A stretch of 55,006 nt of DNA from an uncultured Dehalococcoidales bacterium (GCA_964408935.1 CAYPBF010000003.1:1-55006), one strand, 5' to 3'. Numbered from the stretch's first letter, positions 9,711-18,893 are shown. The notes: generated by a model not told the origin, from the letters alone. Numbers and translations are program-made.

Positions 9711-11315
9711 TTATGAGCTGGGCTTGATTTCTGGGCTTTCCCAGTCTTTCATCGGCCTCATCCACGGCGCTTTCTCGACGAACTCGTCGTGCGCCAGGGG
9801 TACGGGTGGGTGGCAGAGGAACTGCGGGTCGAACTCGTCTTTGACCTTGAGCAGCCAGGTATGATAGTTTGGCCCGTAGGCGGGGCCGGTAAGGTACAAC
9901 GGCTGGTGAGGTCCCAGCAGCGAGGTGTAGAAGCGCTTCCTGATGTTCTCCTTGGATGTTTCCAGATAGAAATGGTCGACGCCATCGGTGTTGACGTCGG
10001 GGTCCCAGTAAACGAGAAACTCGGAGTAGCCCTGGTGGCCCAGCTCGAAGCTCTGGAACCAGCCGGGGTCGCCGTAGTCGGGCATGAGGGGTGGGGTGAA
10101 TTTCTTTTTCAGCTCGGCGTAGTTTTCTCCATGGGGGATGGAGTGGGTGAGGGTCTCGATGACATAGTCCACCGAGACGTAGCCGCCGCACATCAGCCAC
10201 ATCCCCGCCGAGTCGGCGTTCTTAAACCAGGACTCGTCGGTGGGGCGGGTGCGGCGGGCTTCCCCGCCGAGCTCGGTTATAATATCGTTGAGTATTTTCT
10301 CCTCATAATCCATCTGCTCCTCGGAGGTGAAGGCGATGAGTAGCACGCGCAGCAAATGGAAGCCGGCGATGGTCTCTTCGTTTTCCTGCGACCAGAGCTC
10401 CCAGAACTCCTCCTTGCAACTGGCCTTGGCGATGGCCCTCCAGAAGATGGGCACCTTGGTCACGCCGCCGCCGATTTCCGCCTTGGCCATCTCGAACATG
10501 GCCTTTTTCATGGCGTCCTTGCTGGGCATGGTGAAGTTTATCCATTTTACCCGCTTGACGGGGAGTTCCAGGGAGGTGTGGGGTGAAATGCCCGTCGGCT
10601 CCAGCCTTTCCGGCTGGAAGGGGAGGAGCTTAATGGCCATCTTGGTGACGATGCCCAGGCAGCCCCTGAGTCCGGTAAAGCCGCGCAGCAGCCCCCTCAG
10701 GTCGGGGCCGGGGCCCTCGCCCCAGAAGGGGTCTTCCCCGGTGGCCAATGAGCCCATCTTAACCACCTCGCCGTCGGGCAGGACCAGCTCCGTGCCCAGG
10801 ATGCGGCGGTGAGGTAGACCGATGCGGTAGCTTAAGGGCGACCAGCCGTCGCCGAGCATATTGGCGATGGCGGAACACTGCGAGCCGCCGCCGCCGACGA
10901 TGATATAGCAGCCCCGCTTCATCGCCTCTTCCTGGAGCTGGGAATAGATAACCCCGGAGCCCACCGTGGCATAGAGGTGCTTGTCGTCAATCTCGCAGTC
11001 GTCCATCCGTTTCAGGTCGACCAGCAGCTCGTCATCGACGTGACAGTGAGAGCGCGGGCCGTACCAGCCCGTGCTGTAGGGGACGTAGGGGACCTTGTAT
11101 TTGTTGCAGGCCTTGACTATCTTCTGGACTTCCTCTGTAGTGCGCGGCATGATAACGCAGCCGGGCACCTTGGTCATTACCCGCTCGTAGCCCAGTCCGG
11201 CCTCGTAGCCGGCGGGCCCGGAGCGATAGCCTTCACGGACGGCGGGCTCGGACGAGATATAATCCTTGCCCACGATAGCTTCCAGCGCCTTCAATGCTTC
11301 CTTGGATATAGCCAT
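9711..11315 (-). CDS. FAD-binding oxidoreductase (VAO/PCMH, GlcD-like fold), atypical C-terminus
   Basis: PRTTEEVQKIVKACN, VDLKRMD, GTELVLPDGEVVKMGS, GIVTKMAIKL, KDEFDP. Confidence 0.85.
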   Translation of the reverse strand: MAISKEALKALEAIVGKDYISSEPAVREGYRSGPAGYEAGLGYERVMTKVPGCVIMPRTTEEVQKIVKACNKYKVPYVPYSTGWYGPRSHCHVDDELLVDLKRMDDCEIDDKHLYATVGSGVIYSQLQEEAMKRGCYIIVGGGGSQCSAIANMLGDGWSPLSYRIGLPHRRILGTELVLPDGEVVKMGSLATGEDPFWGEGPGPDLRGLLRGFTGLRGCLGIVTKMAIKLLPFQPERLEPTGISPHTSLELPVKRVKWINFTMPSKDAMKKAMFEMAKAEIGGGVTKVPIFWRAIAKASCKEEFWELWSQENEETIAGFHLLRVLLIAFTSEEQMDYEEKILNDIITELGGEARRTRPTDESWFKNADSAGMWLMCGGYVSVDYVIETLTHSIPHGENYAELKKKFTPPLMPDYGDPGWFQSFELGHQGYSEFLVYWDPDVNTDGVDHFYLETSKENIRKRFYTSLLGPHQPLYLTGPAYGPNYHTWLLKVKDEFDPQFLCHPPVPLAHDEFVEKAPWMRPMKDWESPEIKPSS

Positions 11316-11330
11316 GATTGCCTCCTACCT

Positions 11331-12614
11331 CTATATTGCCGCCAGGATGATTTCGGAGATATCTAATACCTTAACGCCTTCCTTGCCGGCGGCCTGGGCG
11401 AAATTCTCCTTGCACCAGGGGCAGCTGGCGACCAGGGCCTCGGCCCCGATGGCCTTGACCTCCTCCAGCCTTTCCTGAGCCGCCCAGGAAGCGAAGTCGG
11501 GGAAGGCTTCTTTGGTGCCGCGGCCCGCGCCGCAACAGAAGGCGTTTTCTTTCATTCTTACCATCTCCACCAGCTCGACGCCGGGGATGGCCTGCAGAAT
11601 ATCTCTGGGTTGCTGATAGACGCCGTTGTGGCCGCGTCGGCGCTCCAGTCTGGGCTCCACCATACCCCACTCCCCACGCTCACCCGCCCAGGGTTTCCAG
11701 GGCTCGCTTAAGCGACTCAGGCTGCAGGAATCGTGATAGGTGAGCTTGAGGTTGACCTTCTTCTTGAGCTTAAGCGCCTTTGTCTTGACCAGCTCATCAA
11801 CGAACTCGACCAGGTGGACGACCTTAAAACCGAGCTCGTCGGTGGAAATACCGAGCAGCTTGGGATAATCGACTTTCCACATTCGGTAGCCCTCGGCGCA
11901 GCTTAAGAGCAGCGTCTTGGCGCCCGTTTTCCTGACCTCTTCCACGTTGCGCTTGGCCAGCTTCTTGGCCTCGTCGTACATGCCCACCGAATAGAGAATG
12001 TTGCCGCAGCACCATTCATCGGGCATGAGCATGAAGGGTGTCCCCGAGGCCTTGAGTATCTTGGCCGTGGCCTGGGCAATCTCGGGGTTGGTGTAGGCCG
12101 CCGAGCAGCCGACGAAGTAAAGCACATCGGCCTTTTCGGCGGGCTTGACGTCGCCGGGCAGCCATTTGTTGCGGTTGGCGTGTGGTGAGCCGAAGCGGTT
12201 GTGTTCTTTGGCGATGTTCTGGGCCAGCTTCTTGTGCTGGGGCATGGGGCCCTTGCCGTCCTTAACCGCCTTGATGCGCAGTGCTTCCAGGGTAAGCTCT
12301 ATCTCCAGGTCGAGGTTGCGCTTGCAGCCCACGTCACAGGCGCCGCAGAGCGTGCAGGCGTAGAGAATCTTCAAAAGCTCGTCGGAGTATTCCATCCTGC
12401 CTTCGAGCATAGCCAGTCCGATGCGCATCTTGCCGTAGGCGCCGTAGGAATCAAAGAGGTACTTGGTGGCGCTGGGGCAGCGGGTGCTGAAGGTCATGCC
12501 GGGCATATAAATGTGGTCGACCCAGGTGCACCCCTTGCACTTGATGCACTTACTCATGTCGTATTCGAAGTTATCTAAGTTGGTTACATCCAGCTTAACC
12601 TTGCCTTTAAGCAT
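11331..12614 (-). CDS. HdrD/GlcF-like Fe-S protein (4Fe-4S dicluster plus two CCG domains)
   Basis: CIKCKGC, CTLCGACDVGC, YFVGC...WCCG, YHDSC...FCCGAG...SCPWC. Confidence 0.9.
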   Translation of the reverse strand: MLKGKVKLDVTNLDNFEYDMSKCIKCKGCTWVDHIYMPGMTFSTRCPSATKYLFDSYGAYGKMRIGLAMLEGRMEYSDELLKILYACTLCGACDVGCKRNLDLEIELTLEALRIKAVKDGKGPMPQHKKLAQNIAKEHNRFGSPHANRNKWLPGDVKPAEKADVLYFVGCSAAYTNPEIAQATAKILKASGTPFMLMPDEWCCGNILYSVGMYDEAKKLAKRNVEEVRKTGAKTLLLSCAEGYRMWKVDYPKLLGISTDELGFKVVHLVEFVDELVKTKALKLKKKVNLKLTYHDSCSLSRLSEPWKPWAGERGEWGMVEPRLERRRGHNGVYQQPRDILQAIPGVELVEMVRMKENAFCCGAGRGTKEAFPDFASWAAQERLEEVKAIGAEALVASCPWCKENFAQAAGKEGVKVLDISEIILAAI

Positions 12615-12626
12615 TGTTATTCCTCC

Positions 12627-14084
12627 CTAGAAGCACAGATTACCGGGGTTCATTATATTATTGGGGTCGAAGAGCTTTTTCACCCTCTTCAGGGTGGCGG
12701 CGTAGCCGTTGGCCTGGGCGTAGACCATCTCGGCCCAGTCGCCGTAGGGGCGGGTGAAGAGGGCGCCCTGGTCGAAAAAGGTCTTGGCGGCCTCGCTGCC
12801 CAGGGTGCGTACCCTTTCCACCTCAGGGTTGCTGGCGGGGTCGTAGAAGAGGTCGAACTCCAGCTGGCAGGCCCGATTATGCTCGATGGGTTGCATGTAG
12901 CCGCCCAGGTCGCTTTCGGGGAGGCCGTATCGGGAGGCCAGCGATGTCATCTTCTCAATGAACTTGGGCGCCAGCATCGGCTTGGTGATGAATAAGAGGC
13001 TGTGACAGCCGCCCTTGGCGCGGTTCTTCCAGTAGGTCACCTCTTTGGGCCAGGGCTGGCGCAGCATACCCAGCAGCCTTTGGCCCGAGCCGGGAAGCCC
13101 GGGGAGGTCAGCGCCGAACGATATTTCGGGGAACTCGTTTTTGGTAATATCATTAAGCGCCTTTTCTTCGTATCTAATCCTGCCGTCGGGGTCGCGGAAG
13201 TGTCCGCTGATGACCAGGATCAAAGTCCAGGGCGGCAGGGAGGTCCTGAGTGAGGCGAACTCCTTCTTGATGTCGTTGGCCATTATTGCCGCCAAGTCGG
13301 TATTATTGAGCAGCAGGCACTCCTGGCCGATTCTTATCTTCAATATGCGATATAGAAACTCGACGGTCTGGTTGAGGTCTTTGACCGGGGCGATGAACAT
13401 CTTGTCTTTCTGGGTGGGGAACTCGGTCTTGAGGTTGGTCCAGGTCACCACCCCCATCGTCCCCTGGGCCGCCTGCACTAACCTATAGAAGTCCAGGCCG
13501 GGGCCGGAGGGGTTGCCCCCCTCGGAGGGGGAATCGGGGTAACCGGTGACGCTGGCCGAGCCCATGCGGAAGACCTCGCCGTTGGGCCAGACGACCTCCA
13601 TGCTCTGCATCGGTTCGCCGTAGTCATAGACGGTGTTGGTGATGACTTCTCTCTCCAGGCTGTCGGTGAGCACCGAGCGCTGGGGGTGGGGGAGGAGGGG
13701 CATCATTACCCGAAAGCCCTTCTCGGCCAGGTGTTCGGTGAGCTGTTCCCAGGTCACCCCCGCCTCGAAGCGGACGCGGCGGTTGAACTCGTCGACCTCA
13801 AAGATGCGGTTCATGCGGGTAAGGTCGAGGATGATGCCGCCCTTCTTGGGGATGGCCGCCCCGTAGTAGTGCACCCAGGAGCTGACCGGTACCACGGGGA
13901 GAGAATGGTCGTTAGCCACCTTGATTACCTTTTGCACTTCCTCGGTGTCTTTGGGTTTGACCGCGTATTCGGGTTTACCCGCCGGTTGCAGGCTGAAGTC
14001 CTTGGCGTAGCTCTCTAAAGCCTTGGGGTCGTCGGAGAAGTTCTCGACGCCGACGATGGCCACCAGCTTGTCCCTTTTGTTCAT
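12627..14084 (-). CDS. FAD-binding oxidoreductase (VAO/PCMH, GlcD-like fold), atypical C-terminus
   Basis: KPKDTEEVQKVIK, ILDLTRMNRI, EAGVTWEQL, FDPNNIMNPG. Confidence 0.88.
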   Translation of the reverse strand: MNKRDKLVAIVGVENFSDDPKALESYAKDFSLQPAGKPEYAVKPKDTEEVQKVIKVANDHSLPVVPVSSWVHYYGAAIPKKGGIILDLTRMNRIFEVDEFNRRVRFEAGVTWEQLTEHLAEKGFRVMMPLLPHPQRSVLTDSLEREVITNTVYDYGEPMQSMEVVWPNGEVFRMGSASVTGYPDSPSEGGNPSGPGLDFYRLVQAAQGTMGVVTWTNLKTEFPTQKDKMFIAPVKDLNQTVEFLYRILKIRIGQECLLLNNTDLAAIMANDIKKEFASLRTSLPPWTLILVISGHFRDPDGRIRYEEKALNDITKNEFPEISFGADLPGLPGSGQRLLGMLRQPWPKEVTYWKNRAKGGCHSLLFITKPMLAPKFIEKMTSLASRYGLPESDLGGYMQPIEHNRACQLEFDLFYDPASNPEVERVRTLGSEAAKTFFDQGALFTRPYGDWAEMVYAQANGYAATLKRVKKLFDPNNIMNPGNLCF

Positions 14085-14212
14085 GGTTCTACCTCCCGCT
14101 GGGATGATGCCCTTCTTATCAAAAAAATCGACCCTTCAATTTCACGGGTCTTGGGTATAGTCATAAAATTGGAAAAACATCGCATAATGTCGGTGACATT
14201 TTGCCGTTTCAG

Positions 14213-14242
14213 AGGATAGCATAAAATAATATTGCATGGCAA
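14213..14242 (-). promoter_or_regulatory. Probable sigma-70 promoter of the catabolic operon
   Basis: Minus strand TTGCCA-18-TATCCT with extended -10 TG and an upstream A-tract. Confidence 0.55.
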
Positions 14243-14321
14243 CTTTTTTTGCCCGAAGGTTTAAAAGGGGAAAATTTGGCGATAGTGAAACGCAAACCGT
14301 GCTTCCAGATGAGCGATTAGT

Positions 14322-14558
14322 TTAGGAGCCGGTCGGCTTGTCTTGGCCGCCCTTTTTCTTGGTGGGGGTGGGGGTCTTGGAGGGCGCATCGATGACATAC
14401 TTCTCCGCCGTGAACGGAGAGTAGCCCGTGGAAACCTTCCTGCCGCCCTCGGTAATCACCAACCCCGTACCGCATCTGGGACACGTCTGATTTTGGGGGA
14501 ACTGCAACGCCCAACCTGAACAGCGATAGGCGCATTTTGGGCATTTGCCGTCTAGCAT
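14322..14558 (-). CDS. Small zinc-ribbon protein
   Basis: CPKC...CPRCG double knuckle, 78 aa. Confidence 0.7.
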   Translation of the reverse strand: MLDGKCPKCAYRCSGWALQFPQNQTCPRCGTGLVITEGGRKVSTGYSPFTAEKYVIDAPSKTPTPTKKKGGQDKPTGS

Positions 14559-14563
14559 ACTTT

Positions 14564-14593
14564 ATCATACTTATTAGAGGGCTTCGGCGTCAA
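14564..14593 (-). promoter_or_regulatory. Sigma-70 promoter, probably leaderless
   Basis: TTGACG-18-TATGAT; ATG follows 5 nt after the -10 box, no SD. Confidence 0.6.
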
Positions 14594-14782
14594 GTTGATT
14601 CTATGGGAGAGGGGATGGACTTTTTTCTTTTCTATCTGCCTTAATTTGGCTCATACTCTCTTTTTCTGCCAAATTCGAGCGATATGTGAAGTAAACGCCC
14701 TTCTACTGCCCATCTACGGCTGGTATATTCTGACAATAGAAATAAATCGACTATTGTTAACTATAATCGGGTTTGGGTAACC

Positions 14783-16234
14783 CTATTTGCCGATAGAATT
14801 AAGGTAATCGCGGTACCAGGCCAGTCGGTTCAGGACGTGGGCGGCGCGACGGGGACTGGGATAGACGGGGATACCTTCTCGGCTGAAGAGGGAGGCGACC
14901 TCGGGGTCGGTGGCGAATTCGACAGCGGGCTTGACCATGAATACCGGTTTTTCATCGCGCTGGACGCGTGATTTAAGCTGGTCCAGGGATTTTTCCTCCG
15001 CCTTTCGGTAGGCCTTAATCTCCTCTTTGGTGAACATGGTGGCCAGGCGGTCGGTGCTGGCCCCGATGGGCGCCTGCAGCAGGATGGCGTCGATATCCTT
15101 GTCGTCCATCATGGCGAAGAGGGAGGGAAAGGTGACCGGGTTTTCGGCCATGCTGATACCGGCCATATCCACCGGGTTGGCGTGGGACCAGCGCGGCGGC
15201 AGCTGGGCGTTGAGCTTCTCGATGGTGGCCGGGGCCAGTTTGGGTATCTCCAACCCTTCTTTTTCGCAGGCCTCGGCAGACATTACCCCCAACCCCCCGC
15301 CAATGGTCAAAATGCCAATCTTCTTGCCGTGGGGGAGGGGCTGATAGAGCAGGGCGGTGACCACGTCGCAGAGCTCGTCATCATCTTCCACCCGCAGCAC
15401 CCCCGCCTGGTGAAAAGCGGCCTCATACACCCTGTCCGAGCCAGCCAGGGTGGCGGTGTGGGACATGGCGGCTTCGGCCGAGGCCCTGGTCGCCCCCGAC
15501 TTGATGACGATAACGGGTTTGTGAGGGGTAACCTTTTTGGCTAGCTCAAAAAAACGTCGGCCTTCTCTCAACCCCTCAATATAGGTAGCGATTATCCTGG
15601 TGTCTTTGTCTTCGGCCAGGTATTCAAAGTAGTCGGCAAAGCGTATGTCGGCTTCGTTACCGGTGCAAACGAACTTGCTGAAGCCGATGCCCGACATCAT
15701 GCCACGGTGCAGGATGCGGTGGCCGTAGTTGCCGCTCTGAGACAGAAGGGCTACCGGCCCAGGTGGAGTTTCAAAGGTCCAGGCCAGCGTGGAGAGATGG
15801 GACGAGGTATCAGCGTGACCCATGGTGTTGGGCCCGATGAAGCGGATGCCTCCCTGGCGGGCGACTTCGACCAGGTCAGCTTCCAGTTTGACGCCCTCGC
15901 CACCGCTCTCGGCAAAACCGCCCGAGACGACCACGGCCGCCTTTATACTTTTCTGCACGCACTCCCGTATTACCTTGGGCACCCTGGGCGCAGCAACGAC
16001 GATAACGGCCAGTTCTACTGGTTCGGGGATATTGAGCACGCTGGGATAGGCCTTAAGCCCCATAACCTCGGCGGCGTTGGGGTTGACCGGATAGATTTCT
16101 CGGCGGGCAGGGCCAAGGAGGTGTTTCATAATGCCGTATCCCCAGGAACCGGGGTTGTTGGAGGCGCCGATGACGGCCACCGTCCTGGGGTCGAAGATAT
16201 ATTGCCAGTTGATCTTACCGTCGCTGTTTTTCAA
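14783..16234 (-). CDS. Acetate/acyl-CoA ligase (ADP-forming) alpha subunit
   Basis: VAVIGAS, YPVNP, IGPNTMG, LSQSG, GNEAD, SHTATLAGS (phospho-His), NPVD; TTG start with SD AAGGTGA. Confidence 0.9.
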   Translation of the reverse strand: MKNSDGKINWQYIFDPRTVAVIGASNNPGSWGYGIMKHLLGPARREIYPVNPNAAEVMGLKAYPSVLNIPEPVELAVIVVAAPRVPKVIRECVQKSIKAAVVVSGGFAESGGEGVKLEADLVEVARQGGIRFIGPNTMGHADTSSHLSTLAWTFETPPGPVALLSQSGNYGHRILHRGMMSGIGFSKFVCTGNEADIRFADYFEYLAEDKDTRIIATYIEGLREGRRFFELAKKVTPHKPVIVIKSGATRASAEAAMSHTATLAGSDRVYEAAFHQAGVLRVEDDDELCDVVTALLYQPLPHGKKIGILTIGGGLGVMSAEACEKEGLEIPKLAPATIEKLNAQLPPRWSHANPVDMAGISMAENPVTFPSLFAMMDDKDIDAILLQAPIGASTDRLATMFTKEEIKAYRKAEEKSLDQLKSRVQRDEKPVFMVKPAVEFATDPEVASLFSREGIPVYPSPRRAAHVLNRLAWYRDYLNSIGK

Positions 16235-16370
16235 GATATCACCTTTGCGTTCTTTAGATTCTACACGCTGTCCGTTTTATTAACAAGTTTAGCCCGGCGG
16301 CGAGGCGGTATCATAACAAAAAGGTATTCTATGCTATAATCTAAAAACGAGGTTTTTTAAGAGGTAGGCG

Positions 16371-17288
16371 ATGGCTCAAGCTGACTACGAAGTGGTTATT
16401 ATCGGTGGGGGGCCAGCGGGGCTTACCGCGGGGCTTTACACGGCGCGGGCGGGATTGAAGAGCCTGCTCATCGAGCGCGGCGCCTTTGGCGGGCAGATGT
16501 TCAACGCGCCCATGGTGGAGAACTACCCCGGTTTCCCCGAGGGCATCCCCGGCGCTGAACTGGGGGAGCTGATGCGTAAGCAGGCGGATAAATACGGTCT
16601 GAAGACGGAAACGATGGGCGTCACCGCTATCAAAACGGGGCGGACGCATAAGATTAGCACCGAGAAGGGGAATTTCGAGGCCGAGGCGGTTATTATCGCC
16701 ACCGGCTCGGACTACCAGAAGCTGGGCGTCCCCGGCGAGGGAACACTCACTGGACATGGCGTCTCTTACTGCGCCACTTGCGACGGTTTCTTCTTTCGCC
16801 AGCGGGAGGTGGCTGTGGTGGGTGGGGGCGATGCCGCCATCACCGACGCTTTGGAGTTGGCCCAGCACGCCACTAAGGTCTACGTCATCCACCGACGTGA
16901 CGAGCTACGGGCGGGGGAGGTTCTGGGGAAGAGGGCCAAGGCCCAGCCCAAGATAGAGTTCATCTGGGACACCATTGTCGAGGAGGTCGTGGGTGGGGAG
17001 GCGGTCAAGGCGCTTAAATTACGCAACGTTAAGACCAAAAAGGCTTCCACGTTGGAGGTGGCCGGCGTCTTCGTCGCTGTAGGGCTTATACCTAGCAGCC
17101 AGCCGTTTGCTAGCATACTAAAGCTGGCTAAGACTGGCCACATCAGCACCGACGAAACGATGGCGACCTCGGTTCCCGGTATCTTTGCCGCCGGGGACGT
17201 CCGCCAGAGTTCAGCCCGCCAGATTGCTACCGCTGTGGGCGACGGCGCCACCGCCGCCAAGGCGGTATTCAGCTATCTAAAGGGCTGA
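16371..17288 (+). CDS. trxB: Thioredoxin reductase
   Basis: GGGPAG, GVSYCATCDG, GGGDAA, FAAGDVR. Confidence 0.96.
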   Translation: MAQADYEVVIIGGGPAGLTAGLYTARAGLKSLLIERGAFGGQMFNAPMVENYPGFPEGIPGAELGELMRKQADKYGLKTETMGVTAIKTGRTHKISTEKGNFEAEAVIIATGSDYQKLGVPGEGTLTGHGVSYCATCDGFFFRQREVAVVGGGDAAITDALELAQHATKVYVIHRRDELRAGEVLGKRAKAQPKIEFIWDTIVEEVVGGEAVKALKLRNVKTKKASTLEVAGVFVAVGLIPSSQPFASILKLAKTGHISTDETMATSVPGIFAAGDVRQSSARQIATAVGDGATAAKAVFSYLKG

Positions 17289-17296
17289 AAAAAGGG

Positions 17297-17373
17297 TGGC
17301 GACCCCGGGGGGATTCGAACCCCCGATCTCCACCGTGACAGGGTGGCATGTTAGACCGCTACACCACGGGGCC
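17297..17373 (-). tRNA. tRNA-Asp(GTC)
   Basis: Cloverleaf GGCCCCG...CGGGGTC-G-CCA, anticodon arm CCACC-CT GTC AC-GGTGG, GGTTCGAATCC. Confidence 0.97.
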
Positions 17374-17386
17374 GTTTGGTAAGCAA

Positions 17387-17415
17387 AGTCTATCAGGGGC
17401 ACCTTTCCCTGTCAA
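17387..17415 (-). promoter_or_regulatory. Sigma-70 promoter of tRNA-Asp
   Basis: TTGACA-17-TAGACT on the minus strand. Confidence 0.7.
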
Positions 17416-17492
17416 GCTGACGGTTAAGCCTCGCTGTTGTTGCATCAGTGGTTGTATGCTATAATGCTAATCTCTAATGGGTAAAGGAGAAC

Positions 17493-17819
17493 ATGGTTAC
17501 TAAGGAGAATGAGGTTACCGAGGACAGCAAGCTGCGCGATTACGAGCTGGTAGTGATTATCAGCCCCGAGGTTGCCGAGGAAGCCCTTGACGGCATTGTG
17601 GATAACATCAGCCGCCTGATTACTCAGGACGGCGGCACGGTTGATGAAGTTGACCGCTGGGGCAAGCGCAAGCTGGCCTATCCCATTCAACATTTTCTGG
17701 AAGGCAATTACGTTCTGTTCCGATGCAAGATGAAAGCGACATCGGGCAAAGGGCTTGAAGCGAATTTAAGAATTTCTGAGGAGGTGCTGCGGCATTTACT
17801 GGTAAGATTAGAAAGCTAA
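17493..17819 (+). CDS. rpsF: 30S ribosomal protein S6
   Basis: RDYELVVII.P, WGKRKLAYPI, EEVLRHLLVR. Confidence 0.96.
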   Translation: MVTKENEVTEDSKLRDYELVVIISPEVAEEALDGIVDNISRLITQDGGTVDEVDRWGKRKLAYPIQHFLEGNYVLFRCKMKATSGKGLEANLRISEEVLRHLLVRLES

Positions 17820-17877
17820 TATAGAGGAAAACGCCTGTTTCCTACGGATTTGGGTGAGGGCGAAAGGAGTTACGGCG

Positions 17878-18306
17878 ATGTTGACCCTGAACAAAGTAAT
17901 GATTATAGGAAATGTTGGCACTGAACCCGAAATGCGTTTCACTCCTAACGGCAACCCGGTAACCTCGTTCCGAGTTGCCACCAACAGAGTCTACACCACC
18001 CCCGAAGGCGAGCGTAAGCAGGAGACGGAATGGTTTACCGTAGTCGCCTGGAACAGATTAGCCGAAAATTGCAACCAGTATCTGACCAAAGGTCAGCGTG
18101 TTTATGCCGAGGGCAGGCTGCACACCCGTAGCTGGGAAGGCCAGGACGGGCAGCAGCGCTCCCGGTCGGAGATAGTGGCTAACCGGGTGCTCTTCCTTGA
18201 CCGACAGGCAACGGCTCCCACTCCCGGGGAGGGGGGCGAGGAGGCGGCCCACAGCGAGCCGGAGCCAGCGGCGGTGGAAGACGCGCCCTTCCCCGATGAG
18301 GGTTAG
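17878..18306 (+). CDS. ssb: Single-stranded DNA-binding protein
   Basis: LNKVMIIGNVG..PEMRFTPNG, EGRLHTRSWE, acidic tail with APF; ATG at 17878 has SD AAGGAG. Confidence 0.95.
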   Translation: MLTLNKVMIIGNVGTEPEMRFTPNGNPVTSFRVATNRVYTTPEGERKQETEWFTVVAWNRLAENCNQYLTKGQRVYAEGRLHTRSWEGQDGQQRSRSEIVANRVLFLDRQATAPTPGEGGEEAAHSEPEPAAVEDAPFPDEG

Positions 18307-18342
18307 AAATCTACTAGAAGGGTTTAGGTACTACAATAAGAG

Positions 18343-18645
18343 GTGGCTAGAAGAAGAGCCGACGAATCTAGAGCGAAAAGGCCGGGCAGGTCGAGATATA
18401 TACCGAGACGCAAGTTTTGTTCCCTCTGCGTCGATAACGTTAAGGAGATAGATTACAAAGACCCGGCCAAGTTGCGCCATTACATATCGGATAGGGGTAA
18501 GATTGGGCCGCGACGTAAGACGGGCACATGCGCCAAGCATCAGCGCGCCCTGGCGCTGGCCATAAAGAGGGCGCGTCACTTAGCCCTGTTGCCTTATGTG
18601 CCGGCGCACATCCATAAGACAGGGGGCGTTGGTGTACGCGATTAG
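18343..18645 (+). CDS. rpsR: 30S ribosomal protein S18 (Cys-containing form)
   Basis: [37 protein letters not shown]. Confidence 0.96.
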   Translation: MARRRADESRAKRPGRSRYIPRRKFCSLCVDNVKEIDYKDPAKLRHYISDRGKIGPRRKTGTCAKHQRALALAIKRARHLALLPYVPAHIHKTGGVGVRD

Positions 18646-18694
18646 TGCGGTTTAGGACCTTTATTTTAAGTGTCCTTAGCTGCTTCATCCCCTT

Positions 18695-18723
18695 TTGACA
18701 CCCCACGAATACAGAAGTATAAT
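18695..18723 (+). promoter_or_regulatory. Consensus sigma-70 promoter of the rpmH operon
   Basis: Perfect TTGACA-17-TATAAT. Confidence 0.85.
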
Positions 18724-18750
18724 CATCCTGGTTTAATTACGGAGTTATTT

Positions 18751-18891
18751 GTGCCTAAGAGAACTTATCAACCGAAGAGTATCCCCCGAAAAAGAGAGCA
18801 CGGCTTTAGGGCCAGAATGAGCACCCGTGGCGGTCGAGATGTCTTGAAGGCACGACGGCTTAAGGGACGTAAGCGCTTGACCGTGGTGTAA
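18751..18891 (+). CDS. rpmH: 50S ribosomal protein L34
   Basis: GTG start, MPKRTYQP...[30 protein letters not shown] (46 aa). Confidence 0.96.
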   Translation: MPKRTYQPKSIPRKREHGFRARMSTRGGRDVLKARRLKGRKRLTVV

Positions 18892-18893
18892 CC

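Noticed and set aside
14237-14252. Sigma-54 promoter-like TGGCAAC-T7-GC
   Set aside because: GG-to-GC spacing is one base too long, and it points away from any plus-strand gene
14595-14780. 61-aa plus-strand ORF, and the ACAATAG-N11-CTATTGT dyad at 14733-14757
   Set aside because: The ORF has no SD or recognisable features in an AT-rich intergenic region; the dyad is single-copy with no clear promoter context
18646-18750. oriC or DnaA boxes upstream of rpmH
   Set aside because: No TTATCCACA-like boxes, the gap is only 105 bp, and no dnaA is present
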